This document shows positions 28,910 to 38,160 of a stretch of 64,000 bases of DNA, piece after piece. Origin of the DNA: Thermodesulfobacteriota bacterium (GTDB lineage: Bacteria; Desulfobacterota; Desulfarculia; JACQYL01). Positions within the stretch are counted from its first letter, which is position 1, and every line of letters begins with the position of its first letter. Location: assembly GCA_963675595.2 (NCBI GenBank), contig CAXXLZ010000003.1:128001-192000 (forward strand), read 5' to 3'. The notes beneath the pieces are model-generated. The model ran no database searches. It saw only the letters and a list, made by a program, of their open reading frames with translations, and was not told the origin of the DNA. The position numbers and the translations under genes were made by a program.

Positions 28910-30250
28910 ATGCGACAGGGACCAAGTTCGGAATACTGCGCCGTCGAGACCGTGCTGGTCGAATGGCGCAATACGACCGTCATCACCGTCCTACGCGTAA
29001 GCGCCATTATCTACCTTCCGGCAGTTGTTCTCCTGATTTCGGGAATGGGCCCTCAGGTCGGATGGCCGGTGCGACTCGCGGCAACAGGGTTCTACCTTAT
29101 GCTTCTGGTCTTTGTACTCGTGCGCCGGATCGGTTTCCGGACACGAGCATGGGTGATCCTGGCGTGCGGGTATGCACTGGCCGTGGTCATGGGCATCACC
29201 ATTCCCCACGGCCCGTTTGCCCGCACATTGCCGGTCGTGATGCCCATTTTCACCATTGTGCTGCTCGGTCCGCGGGAGGGGTGGGCCGCGGCCGCGCTCA
29301 GCACCTTCCTCATCCTTGTTTTTCCGTTTCTTCACACCACCGGCGGCTTGCCGTCTATGCGGGCCGGCTACACGGGAACTCCGATCACCATGGGCATGGC
29401 CTGGACACAGGCGGCGGCGATGTTGTCGTTGTTGTTCGCTCCAATGATCCTGCTGAACCGGTTTCTACGGTTCCTAATGCAGTCCCTGGAGAAGCTCAAG
29501 CAAGAGGCTGGTGAGCGGGTGGACGCGTACCGCAAACTGGAACATGAGATGCTGGAGAGGCGGCGCCTGGAAAACGAGGTGATCCGCATCGGCGACGAGG
29601 AGAGAGACCGCTTGGGGCGGGAAATCCACGACGGGGTTTGCCAGCAGCTCACGGGCGCGCTGCTGCGCTCCGAGGCGTTGGCGCGTCGGCTGAGCCGGGG
29701 TGAGACATTGGCGGTCGAAGATCTGTCCCAGCTCTCCTCTCTGATCGAGGAAACCATTGACGAAGCGCACGCTGTGGCCCAGGGGCTCTGTTCGCTGCAT
29801 CCGGAGCCCGATGCACTTGCCGGGGCGCTGCAGACCCTGGCCAAGCGGGCTTCGGAAGCATCGGGCATAACCTGCCTCTTCGAAGCCGAGGGCGATGTGA
29901 GTGTGTCCGAATCCACAACCGCGCAGCACCTCTACAGGATTGCTCAAGAGGCGGTGAGCAACGCGGAGCGGCACGCACACGCCGGTCGCATCTCCATGGT
30001 CTTGCGAGGGGACGAGGAAGGGCTGTTCTTTATCGTGGAAGACGACGGCGTTGGGGTGCCCGACGGAATTTCGTCGGTAGGCATGGGCTTCCGTACAATG
30101 GCCTACCGGGCGAGCCTGTTGGAAGGTGAACTGGAGGTGGCGCAGGGGCCTTCAGGAGGAACGCGTGTGTCCTGCCGAATCCCGCGCGGCAAACTCGCCC
30201 GGCCGGAGAGGCGGAAACAAGCCATCAGGGAGGTGAACCATGGATTCTGA
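28910..30250 (+). CDS. Membrane sensor histidine kinase (HisKA_3, NarX/UhpB type)
   Basis: ~6 TM; ERDRLGREIHDGVCQQL, LYRIAQEAVSNA, EDDGVG, GMGFRTM; AGGAGG RBS. Confidence 0.92.
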   Translation: MRQGPSSEYCAVETVLVEWRNTTVITVLRVSAIIYLPAVVLLISGMGPQVGWPVRLAATGFYLMLLVFVLVRRIGFRTRAWVILACGYALAVVMGITIPHGPFARTLPVVMPIFTIVLLGPREGWAAAALSTFLILVFPFLHTTGGLPSMRAGYTGTPITMGMAWTQAAAMLSLLFAPMILLNRFLRFLMQSLEKLKQEAGERVDAYRKLEHEMLERRRLENEVIRIGDEERDRLGREIHDGVCQQLTGALLRSEALARRLSRGETLAVEDLSQLSSLIEETIDEAHAVAQGLCSLHPEPDALAGALQTLAKRASEASGITCLFEAEGDVSVSESTTAQHLYRIAQEAVSNAERHAHAGRISMVLRGDEEGLFFIVEDDGVGVPDGISSVGMGFRTMAYRASLLEGELEVAQGPSGGTRVSCRIPRGKLARPERRKQAIREVNHGF

Positions 30251-30899
30251 AGGATCGAGTCGTCCGAAGTTCTTCCGCGTGCTGGTTGTAGACGACCATC
30301 CCGCGGTTCGCCAAGGTCTGGGGCTGCTGCTGGAGACGGAAGGCATCACGGTTTGCGCGGAAGCGGACGGTTGCGCCGAAGCGTTGGCCTGTGCGGTGAA
30401 AAATCGGCCGGACGTGGTCCTGGTTGACCTCTCTCTGGGTGACGAGGACGGTTTCGACCTTTTGTCGCACCTGCGGGAGCAAGGTCTGCCGGCCCTGGTC
30501 TACTCCATGCATGAGGACGGAAGGCGGGTGGCCAAGGCCTTTGCGTCCGGAGCTCTCGGATACGTGACGAAGCGGGAGGTCCAGGGGGTGCTCGCGGAGG
30601 CGATTCGAGAAGTGGCCTCGGGACGCCGCTTTGTTAGTCCCAGGGCGGCCGTCGCACTGGCGGAGCACGCCGTCCGGGGACAAGCGGACGCGGCCTATGA
30701 AGAGTTGAGTTACCAGGAAAAGCAGGTCTATCGCCTCTTGGGGGAGGGCGAAACCACCAAGCAGATCGCTGCTGCAATGAACATCAGTACCCGTACGGTT
30801 GAATCCTACTACGCCCGGATTATGGTGAAACTGAACTTGGAAGGCACACGCGAACTCAGGCGCCACGCCATCAATTACCTCCACAACCGCACACCTTGA
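30240..30899 (+). CDS. NarL/LuxR-family response regulator
   Basis: VVDDHP, VDLSL, YSMH, GYVTK, intact HTH LSYQEKQVYRLLGEGETTKQIAAAMNISTRTVESY; overlaps the kinase stop. Confidence 0.93.
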   Translation: MDSEGSSRPKFFRVLVVDDHPAVRQGLGLLLETEGITVCAEADGCAEALACAVKNRPDVVLVDLSLGDEDGFDLLSHLREQGLPALVYSMHEDGRRVAKAFASGALGYVTKREVQGVLAEAIREVASGRRFVSPRAAVALAEHAVRGQADAAYEELSYQEKQVYRLLGEGETTKQIAAAMNISTRTVESYYARIMVKLNLEGTRELRRHAINYLHNRTP

Positions 30900-30920
30900 T
30901 TTTCATACCCTTTCCTTGAG

Positions 30921-30989
30921 GGGGAATTCGCCTACAAGCGCGTGGGGGTTTTCTCGCGCAGATACGTAAGTGGTTCCCACTGCATACAA
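30921..30989 (+). promoter_or_regulatory. Duplicated cis-element copy 1 (three NarL-like boxes)
   Basis: GGGGAATTCGCCTACAAGCGCGTGGGGG...GTAAGTGGTTCCCACTGCATACAA, colinear with 31836-31903. Confidence 0.7.
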
Positions 30990-31159
30990 GATTGCCGCTC
31001 CTTGTTATCGTTCACATGATGGCGTCGGCATCTCCTGCACCGCCGACTGAGCCTGGAGGGGACCAAACACCCTTCAGAACCGGCGGAAGGAACACGTGTG
31101 CCTGCACGATGTTGCGATTTAGACCGGCCGGACAGACTGAGACATTGAAGAGGCGAACA

Positions 31160-31810
31160 ATGGATACGCAACGACTCACAGGTATGAAACCTCTCCGCGT
31201 CCTGATCCTGGATGACCATCCTGCGGTTCGCCAAGGCCTGGAATTGCTGTTGGAAACGGAGGGCATCAAGGTTTGCGCGGAGGCGGGCGGATACGCCGAG
31301 GTTCTATCCCGGGTGTCCGATCATCAACCGGATGTGGTGCTGGTGGACCTTTCGCTGAGCGGTAAAGACTGTTTTGCCTTTCTCAGGGACCTGCATAGGC
31401 TCGCTTTGCCGTTCCTGGTCTACTCCATGCACGAGGAGGGCAGGTGGGTGTCGGGGGCCTTTGCGGCCGGAGCACTGGGATACGTCACGAAGCGGGAGGT
31501 CCACGGAGTGCTTGCCGAGGCGATACGACAAGTAGCCATAGGCCGCCGGTTCGTCAGCCCCAGGGCGGCAATTGCACTGGCGGAACAGGCCGCCTGCGGA
31601 CAAACGAACGCGGCATTAGAGGAGTTGAACCGATAGGAGTCGAGATCTACCGATTTCCGGGCCATAGCACAGCCACCAAGCGGATCCTCGCCGCTACCAA
31701 CTTCAGTGTACCTACGGTTGCATCCCACCACGCCGGATTTCCGGTGAAACCGGGTTAGGAGGGCGTGAGTGAACTCTTTCGCCACGCCGTTCACTGCCTG
31801 CACCACGTAA
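31160..31810 (+). pseudogene. Duplicate NarL-family regulator: intact receiver ORF (31160-31636), decayed HTH
   Basis: Receiver highly similar to 30240-30899; TAG at 31634 where the paralog has CAG, then a frameshifted HTH relic IYRFPGHSTATKRILAATNFSVPTVASHH with a second stop. Confidence 0.85.
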
Positions 31811-31835
31811 AAACAACGATTGCCACTCGCGTGAC

Positions 31836-31903
31836 GGGGAATTCCTCTACACGCGCGTGGGGGCCCTCTCCCGCAAACATGTAGGTAGTTCCCTTTGCAT
31901 ACA
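31836..31903 (+). promoter_or_regulatory. Duplicated cis-element copy 2, upstream of the adhesin
   Basis: GGGGAATTCCTCTACACGCGCGTGGGGG...TGTAGGTAGTTCCCTTTGCATACAA. Confidence 0.7.
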
Positions 31904-32081
31904 AAGCGGCTGCTCCCTGTTAGGGTGCCAATGGTAGGACTTTCGCCCTGAGGGTTACCGGGCGAGGCTGCTGAAGGGGGAACTTACCGTGGAGGGAGGC
32001 GCATGCCGGTCCGGCGGTTCGCCCTTCTGAGGCAGCCAACCTTGTGGCAACCATCCGGATTTCAGAAGGAAGCATAATCCG

Positions 32082-34238
32082 ATGATCAGATGCAGAGTTT
32101 CCGAGGGAGTGCAATTCCTCGCCGTCATGCTGTCGGTGCTCGCTTCGCTTGTCGCCCCGGGGTTTGCCGTGAGCTCGGCCTTGGCCTCAGGGCCGGTGGT
32201 GACGACGGCTGTTGACGAGGACGACGGCTGCGCCGTTGGCGACTGTTCGTTGCGCGAGGCCATCGCCGCCGCCGGTGCCGGTTCCACCATAACGTTTTCC
32301 GCCGATTACGCCATTACGCTTTCCAGCGAACTACTGATAGACAAGAACCTGACCATTGACGGCGGAACCCGCGTCATCTCCATCAGCGGTAATGACGCGG
32401 TGCGCGTTTTTCACGTTTCCACCGATACTCACGTCACCTTCAAGCATCTGACCATTGCTCACGGCAGGACCGAATACAGGGAGTACTTGGATCAACCCGT
32501 CGGCGGCGGCATCAAGATCGAATCGGGTGCCGTGGTCACATTGGCTAACAGCGCCGTCAGCGGCAACATCGCAACATATTACGATGCCGATTGGGATGAC
32601 TATTACGGCCTCGGCGGCGGCATCTTCAACCTGGGCACGCTGACGGTGATCGGGACCACCTTTTCGGACAACGTCGCAGCTGCCAGTTCCGGATATGGCT
32701 TCGGCGAAGGTGGCGCAATCTTCAACCTGGGCATGCTGAGGGTGACGGATTGCTCTTTCTCCGACAACGCGGCAACTGCGGGGGCCGCACTCATCAACAG
32801 AAGCGGCGCGACGATGAACGTTGAAGGCAGTATCTTCTCGGGCAACTCGGCTCCCTGCGGCGGAGGCGCCGTCAGCAACAGCGGCACGGCGACCGTCGGC
32901 GGCAGCATGATAGCGAACAACCTGTCACCCGGCGAATGGTGCGACGGCGGCGCCGCCGGCATCGAAAACAATCATGGAACGATGGAAGTGAGCCGCTCGA
33001 TGATCTCCGAGAACATAGGTGACTATAACACGGGCGGTCTCAGTAACTACCAGGGTGAGTTGACCGTGACGGACAGCACCATCGCCGATAATATCGGCGG
33101 GAAGGGAGGAGGTATCTACAACTGGTGGGGCGCTACGCTGACCGTGACCGGCTGCGGCATCCACAACAATGCATCGGGCAGCTTCGGCGGCGGGATCCTC
33201 AACGGCCCCGACCAAGGGGCGCGGTTGACCGTGGTGAACAGCACCATTACCAACAACACGGCCCCGCAGGGCGGCGGTATCTACAACGGCTATCCCGGCC
33301 CCTATGCCAATGCGGTCCTCACCCTGACCAACAGCACGGTGGTCGGCAACACGGCCGATGACAACGGCGGCGGCATCTGCAACGCGAACGCCTCTCCCAA
33401 CGTGACCAACAGCATCCTTTGGAACAACACCGCGCCCGCAGGCCCGCAAATCTATAACTCCACCACCAATATCCCCGGCATCCGCAACAGCGACATCCAA
33501 GGGTCCGGCGGTTCGGGCCTGGGGTGGGACGCCGCGCTGGGCACCGACGGGGGCGGCAACCTCGACCAGTCACCCGTGCTCGGCCCCCTGGCCGATAACG
33601 GCGGATATACCATGACGCATGCCCTCCCGTCCGGCTCCCCTGCAGTGGACACGGCCGATGCCGCGGCGTGTCCGGCAACGGACCAGCGCGGTGTGGCCCG
33701 GCCGCAAGGATCAGGGTGCGACATGGGCGCGTTTGAAGAAGGGCCTGCTGAAATGGAAGTACTCGGACTGAACGACGCCGTCATCCTCAATGGCGATACC
33801 ACCCCCATGATCGGCGACGGCACCAATTTCGGCGAGGCATTGGCCGGAAGTGAGGAAATCACCCGGAGCTTTACCATCAGCAACATCGGCGGAGCGGCAT
33901 TAAACCTGACCGGTACACCTTTGGTGACCATCGCCGGAGCGCAAGCCAAAGATTTCAGCTTGGTGCTTTTCCCCACAACCCCGGTAGCCCCCGTGAGTGC
34001 AACTACTTTTCAAATTCGGTTTGCGCCTTCGGGCGTGGGCGTGCGAACGGCGACTTTGACCATCGGCAGCAACGACGACGATGAGAACCCGTACTCCTTC
34101 CGCATTCAGGGAACGGGCACCGATGAGCCTTTCGACCCCGCTTTGATGGCGGCAATCATCTCTGCAGTACATCGTGCGAAGAAGAGCCAACGAGTGGGTC
34201 TGTTGGAGCCCTCGACCAGGAAGAATGGGTCCTGGTGA
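32082..34238 (+). CDS. Secreted CSLREA / beta-helix (Pmp-like GGAI repeats) surface protein with choice-of-anchor Q/D-like domains
   Basis: Signal peptide, literal CSLREAI, repeated GGGIFN/GGAI, LGPLADNGG..THAL..GSPAVD..DQRG..CDMGAFE, Ig-like domain with NDDDENPY. Confidence 0.9.
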   Translation: MIRCRVSEGVQFLAVMLSVLASLVAPGFAVSSALASGPVVTTAVDEDDGCAVGDCSLREAIAAAGAGSTITFSADYAITLSSELLIDKNLTIDGGTRVISISGNDAVRVFHVSTDTHVTFKHLTIAHGRTEYREYLDQPVGGGIKIESGAVVTLANSAVSGNIATYYDADWDDYYGLGGGIFNLGTLTVIGTTFSDNVAAASSGYGFGEGGAIFNLGMLRVTDCSFSDNAATAGAALINRSGATMNVEGSIFSGNSAPCGGGAVSNSGTATVGGSMIANNLSPGEWCDGGAAGIENNHGTMEVSRSMISENIGDYNTGGLSNYQGELTVTDSTIADNIGGKGGGIYNWWGATLTVTGCGIHNNASGSFGGGILNGPDQGARLTVVNSTITNNTAPQGGGIYNGYPGPYANAVLTLTNSTVVGNTADDNGGGICNANASPNVTNSILWNNTAPAGPQIYNSTTNIPGIRNSDIQGSGGSGLGWDAALGTDGGGNLDQSPVLGPLADNGGYTMTHALPSGSPAVDTADAAACPATDQRGVARPQGSGCDMGAFEEGPAEMEVLGLNDAVILNGDTTPMIGDGTNFGEALAGSEEITRSFTISNIGGAALNLTGTPLVTIAGAQAKDFSLVLFPTTPVAPVSATTFQIRFAPSGVGVRTATLTIGSNDDDENPYSFRIQGTGTDEPFDPALMAAIISAVHRAKKSQRVGLLEPSTRKNGSW

Positions 34239-34490
34239 AGGCACGCGCTTCTGTCCGGAGCGGAAGATTGGGATTGTGAAGGAGGCGGATTGCAGAATCG
34301 GCACAGTTGGTGAGTCGCGCCGGCTGCACGGTATTTATGAACAAACGTTCTTTGACGGCGAAGGAAAAGCGGAAGACTTTCGATAAGCGAGGCCGGGCGG
34401 CTCAAGGGTCTGGAAAGGGAGAGCACAGGGCTCAAGAGGCTCTTGGCTTAGGGTGAAATCGGGGTCGATGTAAGGAGACTTCGAGAAGCT
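34234..34490 (+). mobile_element. IS3-family OrfA transposase relic
   Basis: RFCPERKIGIVKEAD..RRLHGIYEQTFF, then frameshift to ISEAGRLKGLERESTGLKRLLA*, matching the IS3 OrfA HTH plus leucine zipper pattern. Confidence 0.75.
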
Positions 34491-34680
34491 GGAATAGGCG
34501 TGTGAATAGAAATGCCCTCATGATATCATGAAGGGCCTACGCAACGAGCCGAGGCACGTGGTGATTCGCCTCCTGCAAGAATCAGCTTCTGAAGGCCGCA
34601 GGGTTGAGAGCGGGAAATTCGAAATTGCGGCAACCCCCGGATAACACGGGTTGATGGGGCGTCGACCCCAGGGATGCTCC

Positions 34681-35595
34681 ATGCAATCTTTGCGCAGCAG
34701 GAAGGTTGATGATACGCACGCCGTCATCACGACCATTCCGAAAACCACACATACATCGCACGGTGCAATCGAATATGCGACCGTGGGAGCAGGGCCGGTC
34801 GTTCTCGCGCTTCACGGTGGAATGGGAGGGTACGACCAGGGGCTCATTCTCGCTCGTTCGGCATTCGCGGACACCGGCCGTTACCAGGTGATCTCCGTAT
34901 CTCGGCCGGGCTATTTGGGCACTCCGCTCTCTTCGGGCAAGTCCTCCGAAGGGCAGGCCGATCTCTACGCGGAATTGTTGGATGATCTCAACATCGCCCG
35001 GGCTATGGTTATCGCGGTTTCGGCCGGCGGACCAAGCACTCTCCAATTTGCACTGCGTCATCCGCGGAAATGCGCCGGCGTCATTCTCGTTTCGGCCTGC
35101 ACCGGCTGTTTCTCTATACCGCCTGAAGTCTCGCGAAGAATTCCCGTCCTGAAATTCATGGCTCGATTTCCATGGATCACGAAATTCATGCGGCAGCAGG
35201 CCGATCGGAATCCGATCCGCGCCGCGCGCCGTTCCATCCGGGACGAGGCGGTCATGATGCGGACCCTTGAGCATCCCGAGGCAGGGCCGCTGATGCGGGC
35301 GTTGCTGTCAAGCGCCATGGATAAGCCGGCCGCTCGGCTGCCCGGTACGCTGAACGATATGGACTACTTCGAGGTCATGGCCCCCATACCGGTCGCGCAA
35401 ATTGAGGTTCCGATCCTCGTTGTCCACGGAGAGGGCGACCGGGTGGTTCCCTTTGAACATGGGCGGCGAGTGGCCGACGGGGCGCCGAATGCGGAGTTGT
35501 GGGCCATCCGAAACGGCGAGCACGTGAGCCTCTTCACCCACCTGGATGAGATTCGCGCCAAAGCGCATGCCTTCACGGAGCGCTGCTTCTCGTGA
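34681..35595 (+). CDS. Alpha/beta hydrolase
   Basis: LHGGMGG, SRPGYLGT, AVSAGG nucleophile elbow, HGEGDRVVP, GEH; start approximate. Confidence 0.88.
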   Translation: MQSLRSRKVDDTHAVITTIPKTTHTSHGAIEYATVGAGPVVLALHGGMGGYDQGLILARSAFADTGRYQVISVSRPGYLGTPLSSGKSSEGQADLYAELLDDLNIARAMVIAVSAGGPSTLQFALRHPRKCAGVILVSACTGCFSIPPEVSRRIPVLKFMARFPWITKFMRQQADRNPIRAARRSIRDEAVMMRTLEHPEAGPLMRALLSSAMDKPAARLPGTLNDMDYFEVMAPIPVAQIEVPILVVHGEGDRVVPFEHGRRVADGAPNAELWAIRNGEHVSLFTHLDEIRAKAHAFTERCFS

Positions 35596-35610
35596 TCAGG
35601 ACGGAGTAGT

Positions 35611-35928
35611 CATTCACGGGGGGAACTCGTCTACTGTAGGGGCGGGCCATGGTACCCGCCCAAAGGACGGCCGAAGGCCCACCTGAGCACCTGTGCTCCC
35701 GCACCGGCGGTCCCCCGGCGATCCGGTGATCAATGCAGAATCGGGGACGGATGAGGCACCTATTCACGAGGTCAATACAGCTTGCCTGCAAGCATTGTCA
35801 CCGCTTGGTTTTTCCCGGCCTGGCAAGCCACTTACCGCACGGAGCCTCTCCGCCGGAGGCGGTGAGGCCTGCTTAAAGCTTCTGGGGACCCGCGGGGGGA
35901 ACTATTCTAAAGTTCCCCCCCTTGAATG
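35611..35928. mobile_element. MITE/REPIN-like element with terminal inverted repeats
   Basis: CATTCACGGGGGGAACT ... AGTTCCCCCCCTTGAATG; right part resembles 41799-41940 on the minus strand. Confidence 0.6.
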
Positions 35929-35947
35929 TATACCGGATGAGGGCTTT

Positions 35948-36298
35948 TTACGGCTCCACCTTCTCGCATTGCGTCATCAGCAGGCGTACCTCGTCGGCGT
36001 TCAGAGGCCGCACCAGGCGCGCCACTTCCTTACCGTCGCGCAACAGGATCAAGGTCGGCCAAAGCTTGACCCGAAACGCACGGCCCAGCGGCTTGCCTTT
36101 TCCGTCGAATACCTTGATATGGGCCAGGTCCGAATACTCGGCCAGCACTTCCCGTAACGCGGGCTGCGCCGCCTGACAGTGCCCGCACCACGGTGCACCG
36201 AATTCGAGGACGGCATCACCGACCAATGCGTTTACCTGCTCGATGGTCGGTTCCTTTTCCGCATAATCCGTGTCCAAACCTGTGAGAATCGTTTGCAT
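35948..36298 (-). CDS. Thioredoxin-family protein
   Basis: FGAPWCGHC, VKLWPTL..DGKEVAR; start 36298 or 36337. Confidence 0.88.
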   Translation of the reverse strand: MQTILTGLDTDYAEKEPTIEQVNALVGDAVLEFGAPWCGHCQAAQPALREVLAEYSDLAHIKVFDGKGKPLGRAFRVKLWPTLILLRDGKEVARLVRPLNADEVRLLMTQCEKVEP

Positions 36299-36717
36299 GC
36301 CGCTTTCTTTCGCAGAATCGAATGGGTCATGAATCACTTATCCGACGGGGTACCGTCTTCTTTTTGGCTCCCCGTTGGTCCGGTCCGGGGGACATCCATC
36401 ATAAGGAATGTCGTGGGAAAAGCAAAGATTTCCCGTCGCCTGCCGGCATGATGTGAATTATCCGGCACCGCCACACGTACGAGTCCGGGCATGGTTGGTT
36501 GCCGGGGAAAAACCCCTATATGTTATAAATAAGGATGGTATCCCCGGGCTACACACAAGTTGCGAACCCATCCGGTGTCATTGACGATTCTTCGTCTTCA
36601 TAAGATCGAGCATTGGATCATGATCATTGAGTTGAAAAAATGAGAACGATCAATCACACCGGCGGCGGCAGGAGTTCTTTTCGGGTGTGAATCGACGGCC
36701 TCATCGCCGATCGTGGT

Positions 36718-37005
36718 CTAATCCGCCGGCCTCACCTTCATAACGCCGTTCTCTATGATGATGTGGTCGTCGGGGCGCATGTCGATGGTCTGGCCTGTCT
36801 GAGTGAGTGTAAGTCGGCAGCCGGTATCGCAAAAACCGTAAATGGTCGAATCGTCGTAAATCGTACCCTTCAGGCTCTCCCCGTTGCCGACCACCTCGTA
36901 ATCGTACGGGTACGAGTCTCCGTTTTGAAACGTGCCGGCCAGGGATGTTCTCGCCGCCGAAAGACACAGAACAGCCACGGCGCAAACAAGGATCACTCTT
37001 GTCAT
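36718..37005 (-). CDS. Small exported hypothetical protein
   Basis: GGAGG RBS, signal peptide ending SLA, ~70 aa mature beta-rich domain with CDTGC. Confidence 0.7.
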   Translation of the reverse strand: MTRVILVCAVAVLCLSAARTSLAGTFQNGDSYPYDYEVVGNGESLKGTIYDDSTIYGFCDTGCRLTLTQTGQTIDMRPDDHIIIENGVMKVRPAD

Positions 37006-37075
37006 AAGGCCTCCATGTGGGGAAATGGGGACGTGCGGAAAAGGGAACGGGGTTGATTTCGTGCGTTTCCATTCT

Positions 37076-37350
37076 TCAACGGACAAATCCATGATCCGAA
37101 GCAATCCGTCCGCCTCTGCCGGCGGCGCGGCCGACTGCAGAGGCGCTTACCTCAACTTCCTTTGCCGCTTCGGTTCGGGCTCGAAGCCCACGCAGTAAAG
37201 GGCGTTGCGGTCTCAACCGGCAGCTTCGTCGGGCGATCGACAAACCAAATTCCGTCGGTATCGTCACGGAAAATGTTACGCCGATCCATTCCTCGGCAGA
37301 CGACGCGGTGCAACGTCTCCCGACGCGTCAATGGGTGCTTCTTGCGGCAT
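37076..37350 (-). mobile_element. Internally deleted RAYT / IS200-like Y1 transposase relic
   Basis: MPQEAPIDASG / TLHRVVCRGMDRRNIFRDDTD..FVDR..ETATPFTAWA fused to a C-terminal HTH AAKEVEVSASAVGRAAGRGGRIA; ACGT(G/C)CCC motifs on both flanks. Confidence 0.72.
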
Positions 37351-37473
37351 GAGTCGGTTGTATCATGGACGATGAAACGAAGAAACGCACAAACTCAGCA
37401 CCGTGCCTCCTTTCTATTGGAGCCGTTACCGAGTTTTGTCACGTTAATCAACAACGTGCCCTGACCCACAAAC

Positions 37474-37513
37474 AAAACGACCCGCCCAACATGCGTTTGG
37501 ACGGGTTCGTTTT
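37474..37513 (-). terminator. Intrinsic terminator after ssrA
   Basis: AAAACGACCCGCCCAA...TTGGACGGGTTCGTTTT hairpin with flanking A/T tracts. Confidence 0.75.
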
Positions 37514-37524
37514 ATTATATTAAA

Positions 37525-37879
37525 TGGTGGAGGCGGCGGGAGTCGAACCCGCGTCCGAGAACCTTCCGTTTAAGCGTCTACATGCTTGTCTCCCGATTTA
37601 AGCTGACGAAGCAGGACTCCCGGGAACCGGATTCCTGATTCGCGGGTCCATCTGTTGTTTCGCCTCCCGGCCGGTGGACAAACCGTTCGGCTATCCCGCT
37701 GATCGGCGTCCTTTCCCGCTCCGCGGGAGAGAGCGGGGAGGACGTCTGACTATTTACGCAGCCAGAGCGTATTCGTAATTATCGGCATTTGTATTTGATG
37801 CCCCGCGCAGTTTACGAGCGCACGAGAACTCGGCATGCAACCTAAACTTCACTGTCCCCGTCGAAGCCGTTTCGCCCCC
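37525..37879 (-). ncRNA. ssrA: tmRNA
   Basis: 5' GGGGGCGAAACGGCTTCGAC, 3' GGTTCGACTCCCGCCGCCTCCACCA, 355 nt, tag frame ADNYEYALAA*. Confidence 0.97.
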
Positions 37880-37973
37880 TTGAATTGCCGTGGGTTCGTT
37901 TCTTGATTCGAAGCTGAAAAAGGACCCAACCCAAATAAACCACGAACTTTTTTCCGGTAAATCCTCAAAGAGT

Positions 37974-38002
37974 AAAATAGTGATCCCAAGGGTCGATGTC
38001 AA
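37974..38002 (-). promoter_or_regulatory. Sigma-70 promoter of ssrA
   Basis: TTGACA-17 nt-TATTTT on the minus strand. Confidence 0.65.
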
Positions 38003-38160
38003 CTTCCACGGGCAAGGCCCGCATTCGATTCACGGGAGCCCGCCGCGCCGCGGGATTGGATGTTGACGCAGCTTTCCCGGATTGATAAGCGCATCGAGAG
38101 GGATGAAGCTGTGAACGGCGTATCCTTGGCGTTGACAATCGAGGGAGAGGAAGGGAAGGC

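Noticed and set aside
30921-31903. CRISPR array
   Set aside because: Only two copies ~915 bp apart; no repeat-spacer periodicity or cas genes anywhere in the window
36487-36502. Sigma-54 promoter GGCATGGTTGGTTGC
   Set aside because: GG-to-GC spacing is 11 or more rather than 10 nt, and no co-oriented gene follows
28600-37520. Duplicated ssrA 3' end (attR) and integrase for a tmRNA island
   Set aside because: No second TGGTGGAGGCGG copy or integrase found by inspection
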